From contig CAZTCI010000002.1 of the NCBI GenBank assembly GCA_964612665.1, positions 211,659 to 275,658 on the forward strand: a stretch of DNA of 64,000 bases. The letters are read 5' to 3'. The stretch is from an uncultured Planctomycetales bacterium. Its GTDB lineage: Bacteria > Omnitrophota > Gorgyraeia > Zapsychrales > JAHFFX01. Under the pieces are notes generated by a model. That model had not been told where the DNA came from. It saw only the letters and a list, made by a program, of their open reading frames with translations, and searched no databases. Both the position numbers and the translations under genes were made by a program. Shown here piece after piece: positions 18,479-28,316 of this stretch. Every line of letters starts with the position of its first letter. The stretch's first letter is position 1.

Positions 18479-20110
18479 ATGGCGCATGAGTTAAAAAGAT
18501 TGAAAAATTTTCAAGGAAGGCCGGGCCCGTTATTGCTGGTCGTTATGGACGGCGTTGGGTTAGGCAAAAGCGATGAGAGCGACGGCGTTTTCATGGCCAA
18601 ACCGGTTTGCTTAAACGAACTTTTCAAATCAAAACTTTATACAACACTGCAAGCTCACGGCACCGCGGTTGGGATGCCCAGCGACGATGATATGGGTAAC
18701 AGTGAAGTTGGACACAATACCCTTGGCGCCGGCCGGATTTTTGCTCAGGGTGCTAAACTTGTTCACAAGGCCATTGAGGACGGTTCTATTTTTAAAACAC
18801 CAGTATGGCACAAGCTGATTGAACGGGTTAAAAAAAATAATTCAACTTTTCAGTTTATTGGTCTTTTGTCCGATGGGAACGTGCATTCGCATATCGATCA
18901 TTTGTTTGCGCTTATCAAAGAATGTCAGAAGGAAGGAGTTAAGAAAGTCCGCATTCATGCGTTACTGGACGGACGTGATGTTTATGAAAAATCAGCGCTG
19001 GATTACATTGCTAAAACCGAAGCGCTATTAACTGAAATCAACAAAACGCTCGGTTATGATTATCGGATTGCTTCCGGCGGTGGACGCATGAATGTGACCA
19101 TGGACCGTTATAATGCCGATTGGTCAATTGTAAAACGCGGTTGGGACGCGCATGTCTTGGGCAAAGCCCGTCCGTTTAAATCGGCTTCCGAGGCTGTTGC
19201 AACTTTTTATAAGGAAGACCCGAAAGTCATCGATCAATACCTTAACGCCTTTGTGGTTGTTGATGACAAGGGAAAACCCGTCGGTACAATTAGCGACGGA
19301 GATTCAGTTGTGTTTTTTAATTTCCGCGGCGACCGCGCTATCGAATTGTCCCGTGCGTTTGATGAAAACAGTTTTGATAAATTTGACCGCGAACGTGTTC
19401 CTGATGTCCTTTTCGCTGGGATGATGGAGTATGATGGTGATTTGCATATTCCAAAACATTATTTAGTCAATCCGCCTGCCATTGATAACGCGATTAGCGA
19501 ATATCTTTGTGCAACAAAAATTTCCATGTTCGCGATTTCCGAAACGCAAAAATTCGGCCATGTGACTTATTTTTGGAACGGCAATAAATCCGGTTACGTG
19601 TGTCGAGGTTTAGAAGAATATGTGGAAATTCCGTCGGATAAGATTCATTTTGATAAAGCGCCGGCCATGAAGGCTCTTGAAATTACCGACAAAACAATTG
19701 AGCTTTTGAAAAGCGGTAAATATAAATTCGGAAGACTCAATTATCCAAACGGCGATATGGTTGGTCACACTGGTGTTATCGAGGCCATCATTAAATCCGT
19801 TGAAGCGGTTGATGTTTGCGTCGCTCAATTGGTTAAAGTGATTCGCGAATTAAACGGCATTATGGTCATTCTGGCGGATCATGGTAATGCTGATGAAATG
19901 TTTGAAGTCAAAAACGGTAAACGTATTACAAAGACATCGCATTCCCTCAATCCTGTTCCGTTTATTATTGTTGATCCGCTTTATAAAGAAGAATATGTGA
20001 TGGCAGCGTTAGCCAAGCGCGGATTGTCAAACGTGGCTGCGACGTTAATTAATCTTCTCGGCTACGAAGCTCCGACGGAATACGATCCTTCACTCATTAC
20101 TGTTAAATAG
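18479..20110 (+). CDS. gpmI: 2,3-bisphosphoglycerate-independent phosphoglycerate mutase
   Basis: The 543-aa product carries MGNSEVGHNTLGAGRI, an iPGM metal-binding motif. Confidence 0.9.
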   Translation: MAHELKRLKNFQGRPGPLLLVVMDGVGLGKSDESDGVFMAKPVCLNELFKSKLYTTLQAHGTAVGMPSDDDMGNSEVGHNTLGAGRIFAQGAKLVHKAIEDGSIFKTPVWHKLIERVKKNNSTFQFIGLLSDGNVHSHIDHLFALIKECQKEGVKKVRIHALLDGRDVYEKSALDYIAKTEALLTEINKTLGYDYRIASGGGRMNVTMDRYNADWSIVKRGWDAHVLGKARPFKSASEAVATFYKEDPKVIDQYLNAFVVVDDKGKPVGTISDGDSVVFFNFRGDRAIELSRAFDENSFDKFDRERVPDVLFAGMMEYDGDLHIPKHYLVNPPAIDNAISEYLCATKISMFAISETQKFGHVTYFWNGNKSGYVCRGLEEYVEIPSDKIHFDKAPAMKALEITDKTIELLKSGKYKFGRLNYPNGDMVGHTGVIEAIIKSVEAVDVCVAQLVKVIRELNGIMVILADHGNADEMFEVKNGKRITKTSHSLNPVPFIIVDPLYKEEYVMAALAKRGLSNVAATLINLLGYEAPTEYDPSLITVK

Positions 20111-20112
20111 TT

Positions 20113-20568
20113 ATGGGAAGTTTTCAAAATTTTGTCATCTCTTTTTTGCCTGAATTGGCCGGCCAAGCGTTCGATACTCCGGACACAGCGAACGGCTTTA
20201 TCAAAATCGGGCCGTTTCAGGAAAATTTTAAAATTCCTCTTACCTACTGGTCCCAATCCGAATATCAAGAGCACTGGAAAGAAGCTATTGTCAAGTTATC
20301 CAAGACGGACAACTCTTCGTGTTTAATTATTTCAATTGAGTCGCCTTGGCAGGAGCATAATTTGACATGGTGGCTTTTGTATAAACAAGATGCTCAAGTT
20401 TATTTCCAAAAACAGATACTCAATTTTAAAATTTACAAAGGCAGCTTTGATCCGCAAAATCCTTTTTTGACTATTCCACATCGGGCTTCCGATAATAAAG
20501 CCAGCTTGTTAGTCCAAGAATTATCATTACCGTTAAAAGACCTAGAAGAATTTGCTGAAATTTTATAA
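20113..20568 (+). CDS. Hypothetical protein of 151 aa
   Basis: The ORF is tightly linked, starting 3 nt after the gpmI stop. It is Trp-rich (WSQSEYQEHW...LTWWLLY) with no recognised domain. Confidence 0.45.
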   Translation: MGSFQNFVISFLPELAGQAFDTPDTANGFIKIGPFQENFKIPLTYWSQSEYQEHWKEAIVKLSKTDNSSCLIISIESPWQEHNLTWWLLYKQDAQVYFQKQILNFKIYKGSFDPQNPFLTIPHRASDNKASLLVQELSLPLKDLEEFAEIL

Positions 20569-20582
20569 TAAAAATTCTAATC

Positions 20583-21299
20583 ATGATTATCCATTTGGCT
20601 TGGATTATATTTATTGTGTGTTTTGGCATTTTAGGCGTGACCGCTTTTTCAGTTTTTTTTGACCAGGCGGTTTTGGTCCGGCGTGACACGATTTTTCGCG
20701 GTCCATCCGATAAAAAACAAGTTGCTCTGACATTTGATGATGGTCCGTCGGAAATTTGGACGGTAAAAATTTTAGATACGCTTAAAGCTTCGGGCATTAA
20801 AGCTTCATTTTTTATGATTGGCGCGCATGTTAAACAATTTCCTGAAATCGCCCGTCGGGTTGCGCGCGAAGGTCATACGGTTGCTAATCACGGTTACGCA
20901 CACAGCGTTGTTTTTTATTACACGCCGGAAGAACTTGAGCAGGAAATCAAATATACGGAACTTGTTATCAAAGAGATTACCGGGAAGATCACCAAATTTT
21001 ACCGCCCACCTAAAGCGTGGATTCGCGGACGCAACAAAACTCAGCTGAAAGCGATGGGGTATGAAACCATTTTATGGTCGGTGAATTCAAAAGATTGGGC
21101 TGGCTTTAATCAGCGGAGTATTGTCCGGCATATCAGCCGTACGGTGCAAAACGGCGACATCATTCTTTTTCATGACAGCGGCGGCGTTTTTAAAGCGCAA
21201 GGCGGTGGACGAGAACAAACCGTTCAAGCGGTCTCCATGCTGGCGAAAGTTTTAAAAGAGAAGGGTTTTGAATTTGTAACCTTAGAGGATATGCTTTAA
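20583..21299 (+). CDS. Polysaccharide deacetylase (NodB-homology, CE4) family protein with N-terminal TM helix
   Basis: NodB motifs TFDDGP and HTVANHGYAH are present. Confidence 0.8.
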   Translation: MIIHLAWIIFIVCFGILGVTAFSVFFDQAVLVRRDTIFRGPSDKKQVALTFDDGPSEIWTVKILDTLKASGIKASFFMIGAHVKQFPEIARRVAREGHTVANHGYAHSVVFYYTPEELEQEIKYTELVIKEITGKITKFYRPPKAWIRGRNKTQLKAMGYETILWSVNSKDWAGFNQRSIVRHISRTVQNGDIILFHDSGGVFKAQGGGREQTVQAVSMLAKVLKEKGFEFVTLEDML

Positions 21300-23014
21300 T
21301 GAAGTTTTCAATTAATCAGATGTCGCACGGTCAACTGCTCGGAATTTTGCTGGCGTTAGCTGGATTTTTATTCTTGTTCGGCAACGATGCTGTCAGTCTC
21401 ACGCATCCCGACGAAGTTTTTTACGCGCAAAGCGCCAAAGAGATGATCCAGCATGACTCATGGATGACGCCTTACATTTTTGATAAACCACAGTTTGAAA
21501 AACCAATTTTATTTTATTGGCTTTTGATTTTAGCTTTTAAATGGTGGGGTGTGACGGCCTGGGCGGCGCGGTTTTGGCCGGCGGTTTTTGGAATCCTCGG
21601 CGTCGGAATTACATACTGGCTTGCTTTTATGTTGTTTGGCCGCAAACAGCTGGCATTTTTATCGGGATTTATTTTAATGACGAGTTTTATTTATTTCGTT
21701 TTGGCCAAGGCTGTTTTGACGGATATGGTTTTTTCAATTCTTGTGACAATCACGTTAAGTTTTTTTTACTTTGCCTACAGCCGGCCGGAAAAAAAAGAGT
21801 TGGGCCTTTTATTATGTTTTGTGTTTACCGGGATTTCAGTTTTAACCAAAGGCGCATTAGGGATCATTTTGCCGTGGGCCGTTATTTTGATCTTTTTGTT
21901 ACGTTCACAGAAAATTGATTTTCTCAAAAGTTGGGCCGTTCCTGCCGGGGTTGTTCTTTTTTTATTAATCAGCGTGCCATGGCATTGGTTCATGATTGAA
22001 CAATACGGTTCAAGTTTTATCCGAGAGTACTGGCAGAATGTCCATCTGCGCAGGATATTTGAAGCCGAACACATGAAGAGTAACACCTGGTATTTTTATT
22101 TGATGACCATTGCCGGCGGAACACTCCCCTGGAGTTTTTTCTTAGTACCTTTGGGCGTACTTTTACGGCGACGGTTTAAAATGCCAGATCACCGTCCTGC
22201 CGGCGCAATTTTTCCATTACTTTGGGTGGGACTTATGTTGCTCATTGTTCAACTCGCGCAATCCAAATTAGCCAGCTACATTTTTCCGGTGTTCCCACCG
22301 CTGGCTATCTTGTTAGCTTATTTTTTCGATCAAGTGATCGAACATCCGCATCACCCAAACCTGCTTAAATCGATGCGTATCAGCTCTTATGCCGTTGGGG
22401 GTTTATTCATTTTGGTCGTTATCGCTACTCTCGTGATGACAAAGAAATTTGCGGTCATGGTACCTCATCCTCAGGTAATTTATATTTTTGATATTTTGAT
22501 TTTTAGCACGAGTATTTTTCTTTTAATATCTTTACGCCAAAATAAATGGTATAGGGTGATTGCATCAATAAGTTCAATAACGTTTTTAATTTCAATTGTT
22601 TTATTCTTTTGTCGTCAGGATGTTGAACCTTGGGTGTCTTGTAAGGAAATTAGTGAAGATTTGAAACAAGTTAAATATGATACGAACGCTTGCCTTTTAA
22701 CCAGTAAATTTTTTGTGCGAGGGATCCGTTTTTATACCGACCAAAAGGTGGCGGCGATTGATATTAACGGTGAAGGATTTTTCAGCCCGCATCCGATAAA
22801 ATTGCTTGATACGGAACAAGGTTTGGTTGATTTTTTAAAAACTCAACCAGAGACGATATGCGTTGTCAAAAAAGGAGACATGGAAAATATTAGGGGAGTT
22901 TCACACGGCCGTTTTAATGTCGAAAACTTAAGCAATCGCGACGGCCAATATATTTTACGGGTAACTTCGCAATCAATAATTGCACAACAATCAAGGATAC
23001 AAATCAATGAATAG
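21299..23014 (+). CDS. GT-C-fold glycosyltransferase of the ArnT/PMT (GT39/GT83) family, polytopic membrane protein
   Basis: A DE-containing first periplasmic loop (HPDEVFYAQSAKEM) is followed by many TM helices typical of undecaprenyl-phosphate-sugar-dependent 4-amino-4-deoxy-L-arabinose/mannosyl transferases. Confidence 0.7.
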   Translation: MKFSINQMSHGQLLGILLALAGFLFLFGNDAVSLTHPDEVFYAQSAKEMIQHDSWMTPYIFDKPQFEKPILFYWLLILAFKWWGVTAWAARFWPAVFGILGVGITYWLAFMLFGRKQLAFLSGFILMTSFIYFVLAKAVLTDMVFSILVTITLSFFYFAYSRPEKKELGLLLCFVFTGISVLTKGALGIILPWAVILIFLLRSQKIDFLKSWAVPAGVVLFLLISVPWHWFMIEQYGSSFIREYWQNVHLRRIFEAEHMKSNTWYFYLMTIAGGTLPWSFFLVPLGVLLRRRFKMPDHRPAGAIFPLLWVGLMLLIVQLAQSKLASYIFPVFPPLAILLAYFFDQVIEHPHHPNLLKSMRISSYAVGGLFILVVIATLVMTKKFAVMVPHPQVIYIFDILIFSTSIFLLISLRQNKWYRVIASISSITFLISIVLFFCRQDVEPWVSCKEISEDLKQVKYDTNACLLTSKFFVRGIRFYTDQKVAAIDINGEGFFSPHPIKLLDTEQGLVDFLKTQPETICVVKKGDMENIRGVSHGRFNVENLSNRDGQYILRVTSQSIIAQQSRIQINE

Positions 23015-23951
23015 ACGTCGTTACGTAGATCACAATTGGATGTCATCGGCGCAACGTTTCAAAACCGTTTTTATGAGTTCGCCAGTAGCCCTTTGGCTGC
23101 AGGACATCTCTGAGATAAAAAGTCTTAAGCCGCCGTTACCGCTTTCTTGTTTGAAAAAATCAAAAATTTTGGAAGTAAATTCCAGCGCTTTAAGTTTGTT
23201 CGAAGCTCCAAACAAGAAACAATTTAGTAAACTTTTGTGGACAAATGCTAAGGTTTTTTGGCCGGCCATAAAAATATTTTGGGCCGGCGAAGATTTTTTC
23301 GAAGGTGAAGCGAGGGTAAAAACCAAAAAGGGGTACCGTTATTGTTTGGTACGGATGTCAGTCCCACAGAGAAAAGAAGGGACGTCTCCTTATTTAATCG
23401 TATCAATGCAGGACATTACGCATCAAAAAAATAGTGAAATTAAATTGAAACGAGTAGTTCGTCTCGACAGCTTGACACATCTTTGGAATCACCGCGCCAT
23501 TATTGAACGTCTTGAGCAAGAAATTATCCGGGCCCAGCGTTATAAACTTGATTTAACCTGCTTTATGATTGATATCGATCATTTTAAAAATATTAATGAT
23601 TTTCTAGGGCATCAACAAGGTGATCTGACCCTAAAGAGGGCCGCACGTATTATTAAAGAATGTATTCGCCGCTCAGATACCGTGGGCCGGTATGGTGGAG
23701 ATGAGTTTTTAGTTATTCTTCCGGAGACTAAAGAACTTGAATCAAAACGTGCAGCTGTCCGTATTCAAAATGCAATGCAGGAAAGAATGCTTCCGGCCTC
23801 TGTGGCTTCATCTATTGCGCATACAGTCAGTATTGGAATAAGCAGTTTTCATTTAAAAAAGAATAAGGAAGCTAAACATTTGATTGAATCCGCTGATAAA
23901 GCTATGTACGCGGCCAAGCAAGCAGGAAGAAATAAAATTGCTTTTGCATAA
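23007..23951 (+). CDS. Diguanylate cyclase (GGDEF domain) with an N-terminal PAS-like sensory region
   Basis: The active-site motif reads RYGGDEFLVILPE, with an upstream inhibitory-site-like RxxD. The start is placed at the ATG at 23007 and overlaps the previous gene by 8 nt. Confidence 0.8.
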   Translation: MNRRRYVDHNWMSSAQRFKTVFMSSPVALWLQDISEIKSLKPPLPLSCLKKSKILEVNSSALSLFEAPNKKQFSKLLWTNAKVFWPAIKIFWAGEDFFEGEARVKTKKGYRYCLVRMSVPQRKEGTSPYLIVSMQDITHQKNSEIKLKRVVRLDSLTHLWNHRAIIERLEQEIIRAQRYKLDLTCFMIDIDHFKNINDFLGHQQGDLTLKRAARIIKECIRRSDTVGRYGGDEFLVILPETKELESKRAAVRIQNAMQERMLPASVASSIAHTVSIGISSFHLKKNKEAKHLIESADKAMYAAKQAGRNKIAFA

Positions 23952-24011
23952 TTTAAAGGTTACGGTTTCAATTCCTGAAAATTTTTATGCTTTTAATCTT
24001 TAGCCTTCAGA

Positions 24012-24040
24012 TTGACAGCAAAAAAAAGAGATTGTATACT
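24012..24040 (+). promoter_or_regulatory. Sigma70-type promoter of the cold-shock gene (TTGACA-17-TATACT)
   Basis: TTGACA sits at 24012-24017, followed by a 17-nt spacer and TATACT at 24035-24040. It lies about 140 nt upstream of the csp ATG, giving the long leader typical of cspA-family genes. Confidence 0.6.
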
Positions 24041-24178
24041 TTTTTTAGGATGAAGCAGCAGTTTGTGATGAGTCAACATAAGTTAAGTCGTGCGGGAATA
24101 TTATATTTCCTGGCACGGCTTTTTTTATGTTTACTGTCATGCGTATGAAGGGAAACAACTAAAGGAGGGTAGTAGGCA

Positions 24179-24385
24179 ATGGCTAAAGGTAAAGTGAAAT
24201 GGTTCAACAATCAAAAGGGTTATGGTTTTATAACACCTGAAAATGGCAGCGATGTGTTTGTTCATTATTCAGTAATTCAGGGAGACGGTTATAAAACGCT
24301 GGATCAGGGACAGGATGTAGAGTTTGAAATTACTAAAGGAGATAAAGGCGAACAAGCCACGAATGTGGTTAAAATAAAAAGTTAA
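24179..24385 (+). CDS. cspA: Cold-shock protein, CspA family
   Basis: The 68-aa product has the RNP1 motif KGYGFI and the RNP2 motif VFVHY. Confidence 0.95.
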   Translation: MAKGKVKWFNNQKGYGFITPENGSDVFVHYSVIQGDGYKTLDQGQDVEFEITKGDKGEQATNVVKIKS

Positions 24386-24411
24386 AAAGTTCTTATAAAA
24401 GCTCTTCATTC

Positions 24412-24461
24412 AACCGCTGGATTCTTGAGATAAATTTTCTTAAGGAACCAGCGGTTTTTTT
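24412..24461 (+). terminator. Intrinsic terminator after csp
   Basis: The stem aaccgctgg/ccagcggtt is followed by a run of seven Ts. Confidence 0.5.
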
Positions 24462-24655
24462 CTATAAGCTCGGCGTGAAAAAGTTTAGACGCTGAGGTCT
24501 TAAATCTTTCTTTCCGCTTTACACCCCGAGGAAACTTTGCTATAAATGATGCCGATTTTTTTAAAAGAGTTCTTTTTAATTTTATTGGCCATTTCAAGCC
24601 GATTGTCTCCATAATTAAGCTAGTGATGGTTTAAATTTTTCTGAAAAAGTCTTCC

Positions 24656-24728
24656 GGGCCATTAGCTCATCTGGTAGAGCATCTGACTCTTAATCAGAGG
24701 GTGGCAGGTTCGAGTCCTGCATGGCCCA
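24656..24728 (+). tRNA. tRNA-Lys (anticodon CTT)
   Basis: A cloverleaf was folded by eye. The acceptor GGGCCAT/ATGGCCC is perfect, the anticodon loop CTCTTAA gives CTT, and the T-loop is TTCGAGT. No CCA is encoded. Confidence 0.85.
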
Positions 24729-24874
24729 TTCTTTCATTCTTCTAGACTTCTCCAAAAGTAGACATAAAGAAAGACGCAAGGAATCTTGCACCTCTCATTT
24801 TTATATGCTTTAATATTTATTATTGCTTTATTTTTTTGTAATCAGATGTTTCGAAGGAATTTAGGAAAAGCATA

Positions 24875-25141
24875 ATGCGCCTTTGGTATATTTACCTTTT
24901 ATGCTGCCGGGACAATTCCTTATATACTGGCATCACCATTGATTTGGAACGCCGTGTCTTGTGCCATAATCGCGGCCACGGAGCGCGGTACACACGCATC
25001 CGCCGGCCGGTTAAATTAATTTATTACGAAATCGTAAAAACCCACGGCCAAGCAATTAAACGGGAAATCAAAATTAAAACATTTACCCGTTTACAGAAAT
25101 TGAAGTTACTTGAAAAAGGGAAAGGAACAGCGGTTGGCTAA
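24875..25141 (+). CDS. GIY-YIG nuclease-domain protein (UPF0213/YhbQ-like)
   Basis: The N-terminal WYIYLLCCRDNSLYTGIT matches the GIY-YIG pattern in an 88-aa product. Confidence 0.7.
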   Translation: MRLWYIYLLCCRDNSLYTGITIDLERRVLCHNRGHGARYTRIRRPVKLIYYEIVKTHGQAIKREIKIKTFTRLQKLKLLEKGKGTAVG

Positions 25142-25221
25142 CCTTTGCCTTACTTTAAATCTTTCCACTAACAGCATCTTGAAAATTAAATCTATTAATT
25201 CTTTCAACTCCGGAGGTTGCG

Positions 25222-26055
25222 GTGCCTACCAAATCCATTGATATTGAAGCCCTCAAAACAAAAGCCCTCCAATACCGTCGAGAAATTCTTGAAATCATAA
25301 ACAGCGCCGGTTCCGGTCACCCCGGAGGTTCGCTTTCCGCCGTTGAAATTCTAATCACACTCTACGATTACACGCTTAATCACAATCCTAAAGATCCACA
25401 TTGGCCGGATCGTGACCGTTTGATTATTTCTAAAGGTCACGCATCAGCTGGCGTTTATGTAGCATTAGCGAACGCTGGTTACTTCCCAACAGAAGAACTT
25501 AAAACATATCGTAAATTTGGTTCCCGCCTTCAGGGGCATGTGCATGTAAAGGTTCCCGGCGTGGAATTTAATACCGGTTCTTTAGGGCATGGTTTGTCCG
25601 TCGTCAATGGAATCGGATTGGGTGCGCGGATGCTTAATAAAAATTTTAGAAGTTATTGTCTTTTGGGTGACGGCGAGCTTCAGGAAGGCTCGATTTGGGA
25701 AGCTGCTATGACGTCGTCACATTATAAATTAGATAATGTCTGCGCGATTGTGGACTATAACAAAGTTCAAGAAAACGGGCCGACCAATCAGATCAAAAAT
25801 TTAGAACCCTTAGCTCAAAAATGGGAAAGTTTTGGCTGGAAGGCGATTGAAGTCGACGGGCATGACTTTAAAGCGCTCATGATTGCCTTTGATCAAGCTA
25901 AAACAACCAAACAACAGCCGACAGTGATTGTAGCCAATACAATTAAAGGTAAAGGCATTTCTTTTATGGAAGGAAAAGCCGCCTGGCACGGCAAGGCGCC
26001 GAACAAGGAGCAGTTGGAATCGGCGTTGAAGGAACTTAAAGAAGTAGAGAAGTGA
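25222..26055 (+). CDS. Transketolase, N-terminal (ThDP-binding) subunit of a split transketolase
   Basis: The SGHPGGSLSAVEIL and GDGELQEGSIWEA motifs are present. The protein ends where full-length Tkt would continue. Confidence 0.85.
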   Translation: MPTKSIDIEALKTKALQYRREILEIINSAGSGHPGGSLSAVEILITLYDYTLNHNPKDPHWPDRDRLIISKGHASAGVYVALANAGYFPTEELKTYRKFGSRLQGHVHVKVPGVEFNTGSLGHGLSVVNGIGLGARMLNKNFRSYCLLGDGELQEGSIWEAAMTSSHYKLDNVCAIVDYNKVQENGPTNQIKNLEPLAQKWESFGWKAIEVDGHDFKALMIAFDQAKTTKQQPTVIVANTIKGKGISFMEGKAAWHGKAPNKEQLESALKELKEVEK

Positions 26056-26131
26056 AGAGACAGAGAAGTAGAGAATTATCTCTGCCTCTTTGTTTCTTGC
26101 TTCTCTACTTTTTTAGACTAGAGGACAAACC

Positions 26132-27076
26132 ATGGACATGAAACCCACGCGTGACGGATTTGGTGAAGAACTGGTCAATGTCGGGAAAGACAATAAAAAT
26201 GTTGTTGTTTTATCTGGAGATTTGGAAGATGCGACCCGTGCGGAGTTTTTTAAGCATGCTTATCCTGAACGGTTTTTTAATTTAGGCATTGCTGAACAAG
26301 ATTTGGTCGGCACAGCGGCGGGGATGAGTACGCTTGGATTTATTCCTTTTGCGACGTCATTTGCTGTTTTTTTAACGAACCGCGCGTATGACATGCTGCG
26401 GATGGATGTGTGTTATAACCAAACGAATGTAAAAGTCGTTTGCTCCCACGCGGGATTAACAGTTGGTGAAGACGGCGCTTCGGCGCAGTGTCTAGAAGAT
26501 TTTGCTTTGATGCGCGTTTTACCCCATATCATTGTTGTTTATCCGGTTGATTTTATCGAGGCGAAGAAAGCAACGCGGGCGATTGTGGATCATGATGGAC
26601 CGGTCTACATGCGGACGGGCCGCGCGCCGTTTCCGATTATTACTCAAGAAAAAGATCCTTTTGTCATTGGTCAGGCGAATACGCTTCGCCAGGGCAATGA
26701 TGTCACGATTATCGCGTGCGGTATTATGGTTTCTGAAGCGCTTTCGGCAGCGACGATGCTTAAGCAAAATGATAACATTGAAGCGCGGGTTATCAATATG
26801 CATACAATCAAACCAATCGACGAAAAAATTATTCTAAAAAGCGCCCAGGAAACCGGAGCCATTGTGACCGCCGAGGAACATCAGATTTTTGGCGGGTTAG
26901 GTTCAGCCGTTGCCGAAGTTCTCACTCAAAATAAACCGATGCCCGTTGAGATGGTCGCGGTCCATGATACGTTTGGTGAGACCGGTTCGCCCCAGGAATT
27001 ATTGAAAGCCTATCACTTAAAAGATATTGATATCGTCAGTGCTGTTAAGAAAGTCATGGCACGAAAAAATAAATAA
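26132..27076 (+). CDS. Transketolase, C-terminal (pyrimidine-binding plus C-terminal domain) subunit
   Basis: The AEQDLVGTAAG motif places it immediately downstream of the N-terminal subunit gene. Confidence 0.85.
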   Translation: MDMKPTRDGFGEELVNVGKDNKNVVVLSGDLEDATRAEFFKHAYPERFFNLGIAEQDLVGTAAGMSTLGFIPFATSFAVFLTNRAYDMLRMDVCYNQTNVKVVCSHAGLTVGEDGASAQCLEDFALMRVLPHIIVVYPVDFIEAKKATRAIVDHDGPVYMRTGRAPFPIITQEKDPFVIGQANTLRQGNDVTIIACGIMVSEALSAATMLKQNDNIEARVINMHTIKPIDEKIILKSAQETGAIVTAEEHQIFGGLGSAVAEVLTQNKPMPVEMVAVHDTFGETGSPQELLKAYHLKDIDIVSAVKKVMARKNK

Positions 27077-27100
27077 AGTTTTAACAAAAAGGAAGAAGAC

Positions 27101-28240
27101 ATGCCAAAAACTAAACTCCATGAACTCAGTGAATTTGGACAAAGTGTCTGGCTGGATTTTATCAGCCGGCCGTTACTTGAGACCGGTCGTTTAAAAAGTT
27201 TGATTGACCAGGGTTTGCGCGGGATGACTTCAAACCCAACCATTTTTAACCAGTCAATCAGTTTAACCAGTGATTATGATCAAAAAATCATCCAGTTGTC
27301 CGAACAAGGAAAATCCAATTTTGAAATTTACGACGAATTAACGATTCAGGACGTTCGCGAAGCCGCTGATATTTTTAAAGGTGTTTACATCGATACTCAA
27401 GGATTAGACGGCTACGTCAGTTTGGAAATAAACCCCAAGCTCGCGCGAAAAACTCAAGAATCTATTAATGAAGGCAAGCGGTTATTCGCCAAAGTAAACC
27501 GCCCGAACATTATGATTAAAGTTCCCTCGACGCCTGAAGGCTTTCCGGTCATCGAAGAACTGCTGGCGAGCGGCATTCCAGTTAATGTGACGCTGATGTT
27601 TTCTTTGCAGCAGTATATCGACACCACCCAAGCTTTTTTGAAAGGTCTAACCCGGTTCGCCCAGTCTGGAGGAGATCTTAAAAAGATCCAGTCGGTCGCG
27701 AGTGTTTTTGTCAGCCGCATTGACACGAGTGTTGATAAATTGCTCGATGAAAAAATAGCTAAGGCTCAGAATGAAACAATTAAAAATCAATTAACCGCGT
27801 TAAAAGGAAAAGGAGCCGTTGCCAATTGTCATTTTGTTTTTGAGAAATTTAATGAGATTTTTAAAAGCGAAGGTGGTGCTTTCAAAAATTTAGCCAAAAA
27901 AAACGCGAACATGCAAAGAGTTTTATGGGCATCAACTGGAACAAAAAATCCTCAATACAGCGATATTAAATACATAACTGAATTAATCACCAAGCCAACC
28001 GTTAATACCGTTCCTGAAAAAACACTGTCCTTTGTTTTAGATCATGCGGTCGTAAAGCCGGCATTTAATTATTCGCTTAGTGTATCGCAGCAAATTTTGG
28101 ATGGTCTTCACCAGCAAGGCATTGATGTGAATCAAGTCTGTCAGAAACTGTTGGACGAAGGTGTCACTGCATTTGAGAAATCTTTTGAGGAGTTATTAAG
28201 TTCGATCGAACAGAAAGTTAAACGTTTGTGCCCACATTAA
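27101..28240 (+). CDS. tal: Transaldolase (long, about 380-aa subtype)
   Basis: The N-terminal motif SVWLDFISR...GMTSNP and the active-site region IKVPST are present. Confidence 0.85.
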   Translation: MPKTKLHELSEFGQSVWLDFISRPLLETGRLKSLIDQGLRGMTSNPTIFNQSISLTSDYDQKIIQLSEQGKSNFEIYDELTIQDVREAADIFKGVYIDTQGLDGYVSLEINPKLARKTQESINEGKRLFAKVNRPNIMIKVPSTPEGFPVIEELLASGIPVNVTLMFSLQQYIDTTQAFLKGLTRFAQSGGDLKKIQSVASVFVSRIDTSVDKLLDEKIAKAQNETIKNQLTALKGKGAVANCHFVFEKFNEIFKSEGGAFKNLAKKNANMQRVLWASTGTKNPQYSDIKYITELITKPTVNTVPEKTLSFVLDHAVVKPAFNYSLSVSQQILDGLHQQGIDVNQVCQKLLDEGVTAFEKSFEELLSSIEQKVKRLCPH

Positions 28241-28254
28241 TAGAGGAAGGTATC

Positions 28255-28300
28255 AGCAGACCTCCCCAACACCCGGTGTTGGGGAGGTCTGCTATTTTGT
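28255..28300 (+). terminator. Intrinsic terminator after tal
   Basis: A near-perfect 19-bp stem agcagacctccccaacacc/ggtgttggggaggtctgct is followed by attttgt. Confidence 0.75.
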
Positions 28301-28316
28301 AGTCCCACACGACTAA

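Noticed and set aside
24406-24612. 68-aa minus-strand ORF between csp and tRNA-Lys
   Set aside because: It overlaps the csp terminator and the tRNA promoter region, has a basic low-complexity composition, and has neither an RBS nor a conserved motif. It is probably spurious.
24656-25141. tRNA-Lys followed by a GIY-YIG nuclease as an integration hotspot or genomic island boundary
   Set aside because: No integrase is present and there is no direct repeat of the tRNA 3' end downstream. The following genes (tkt, tal, pgl) are core metabolism.
26041-26110. Purine-rich repeated GAAGTAGAGAAG units, a possible tandem or CRISPR-like repeat
   Set aside because: The region resolves into one imperfect inverted repeat (gaagtagagaag ... 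cttctctacttttt) followed by Ts. It is an ordinary terminator after the transketolase N-terminal subunit gene.
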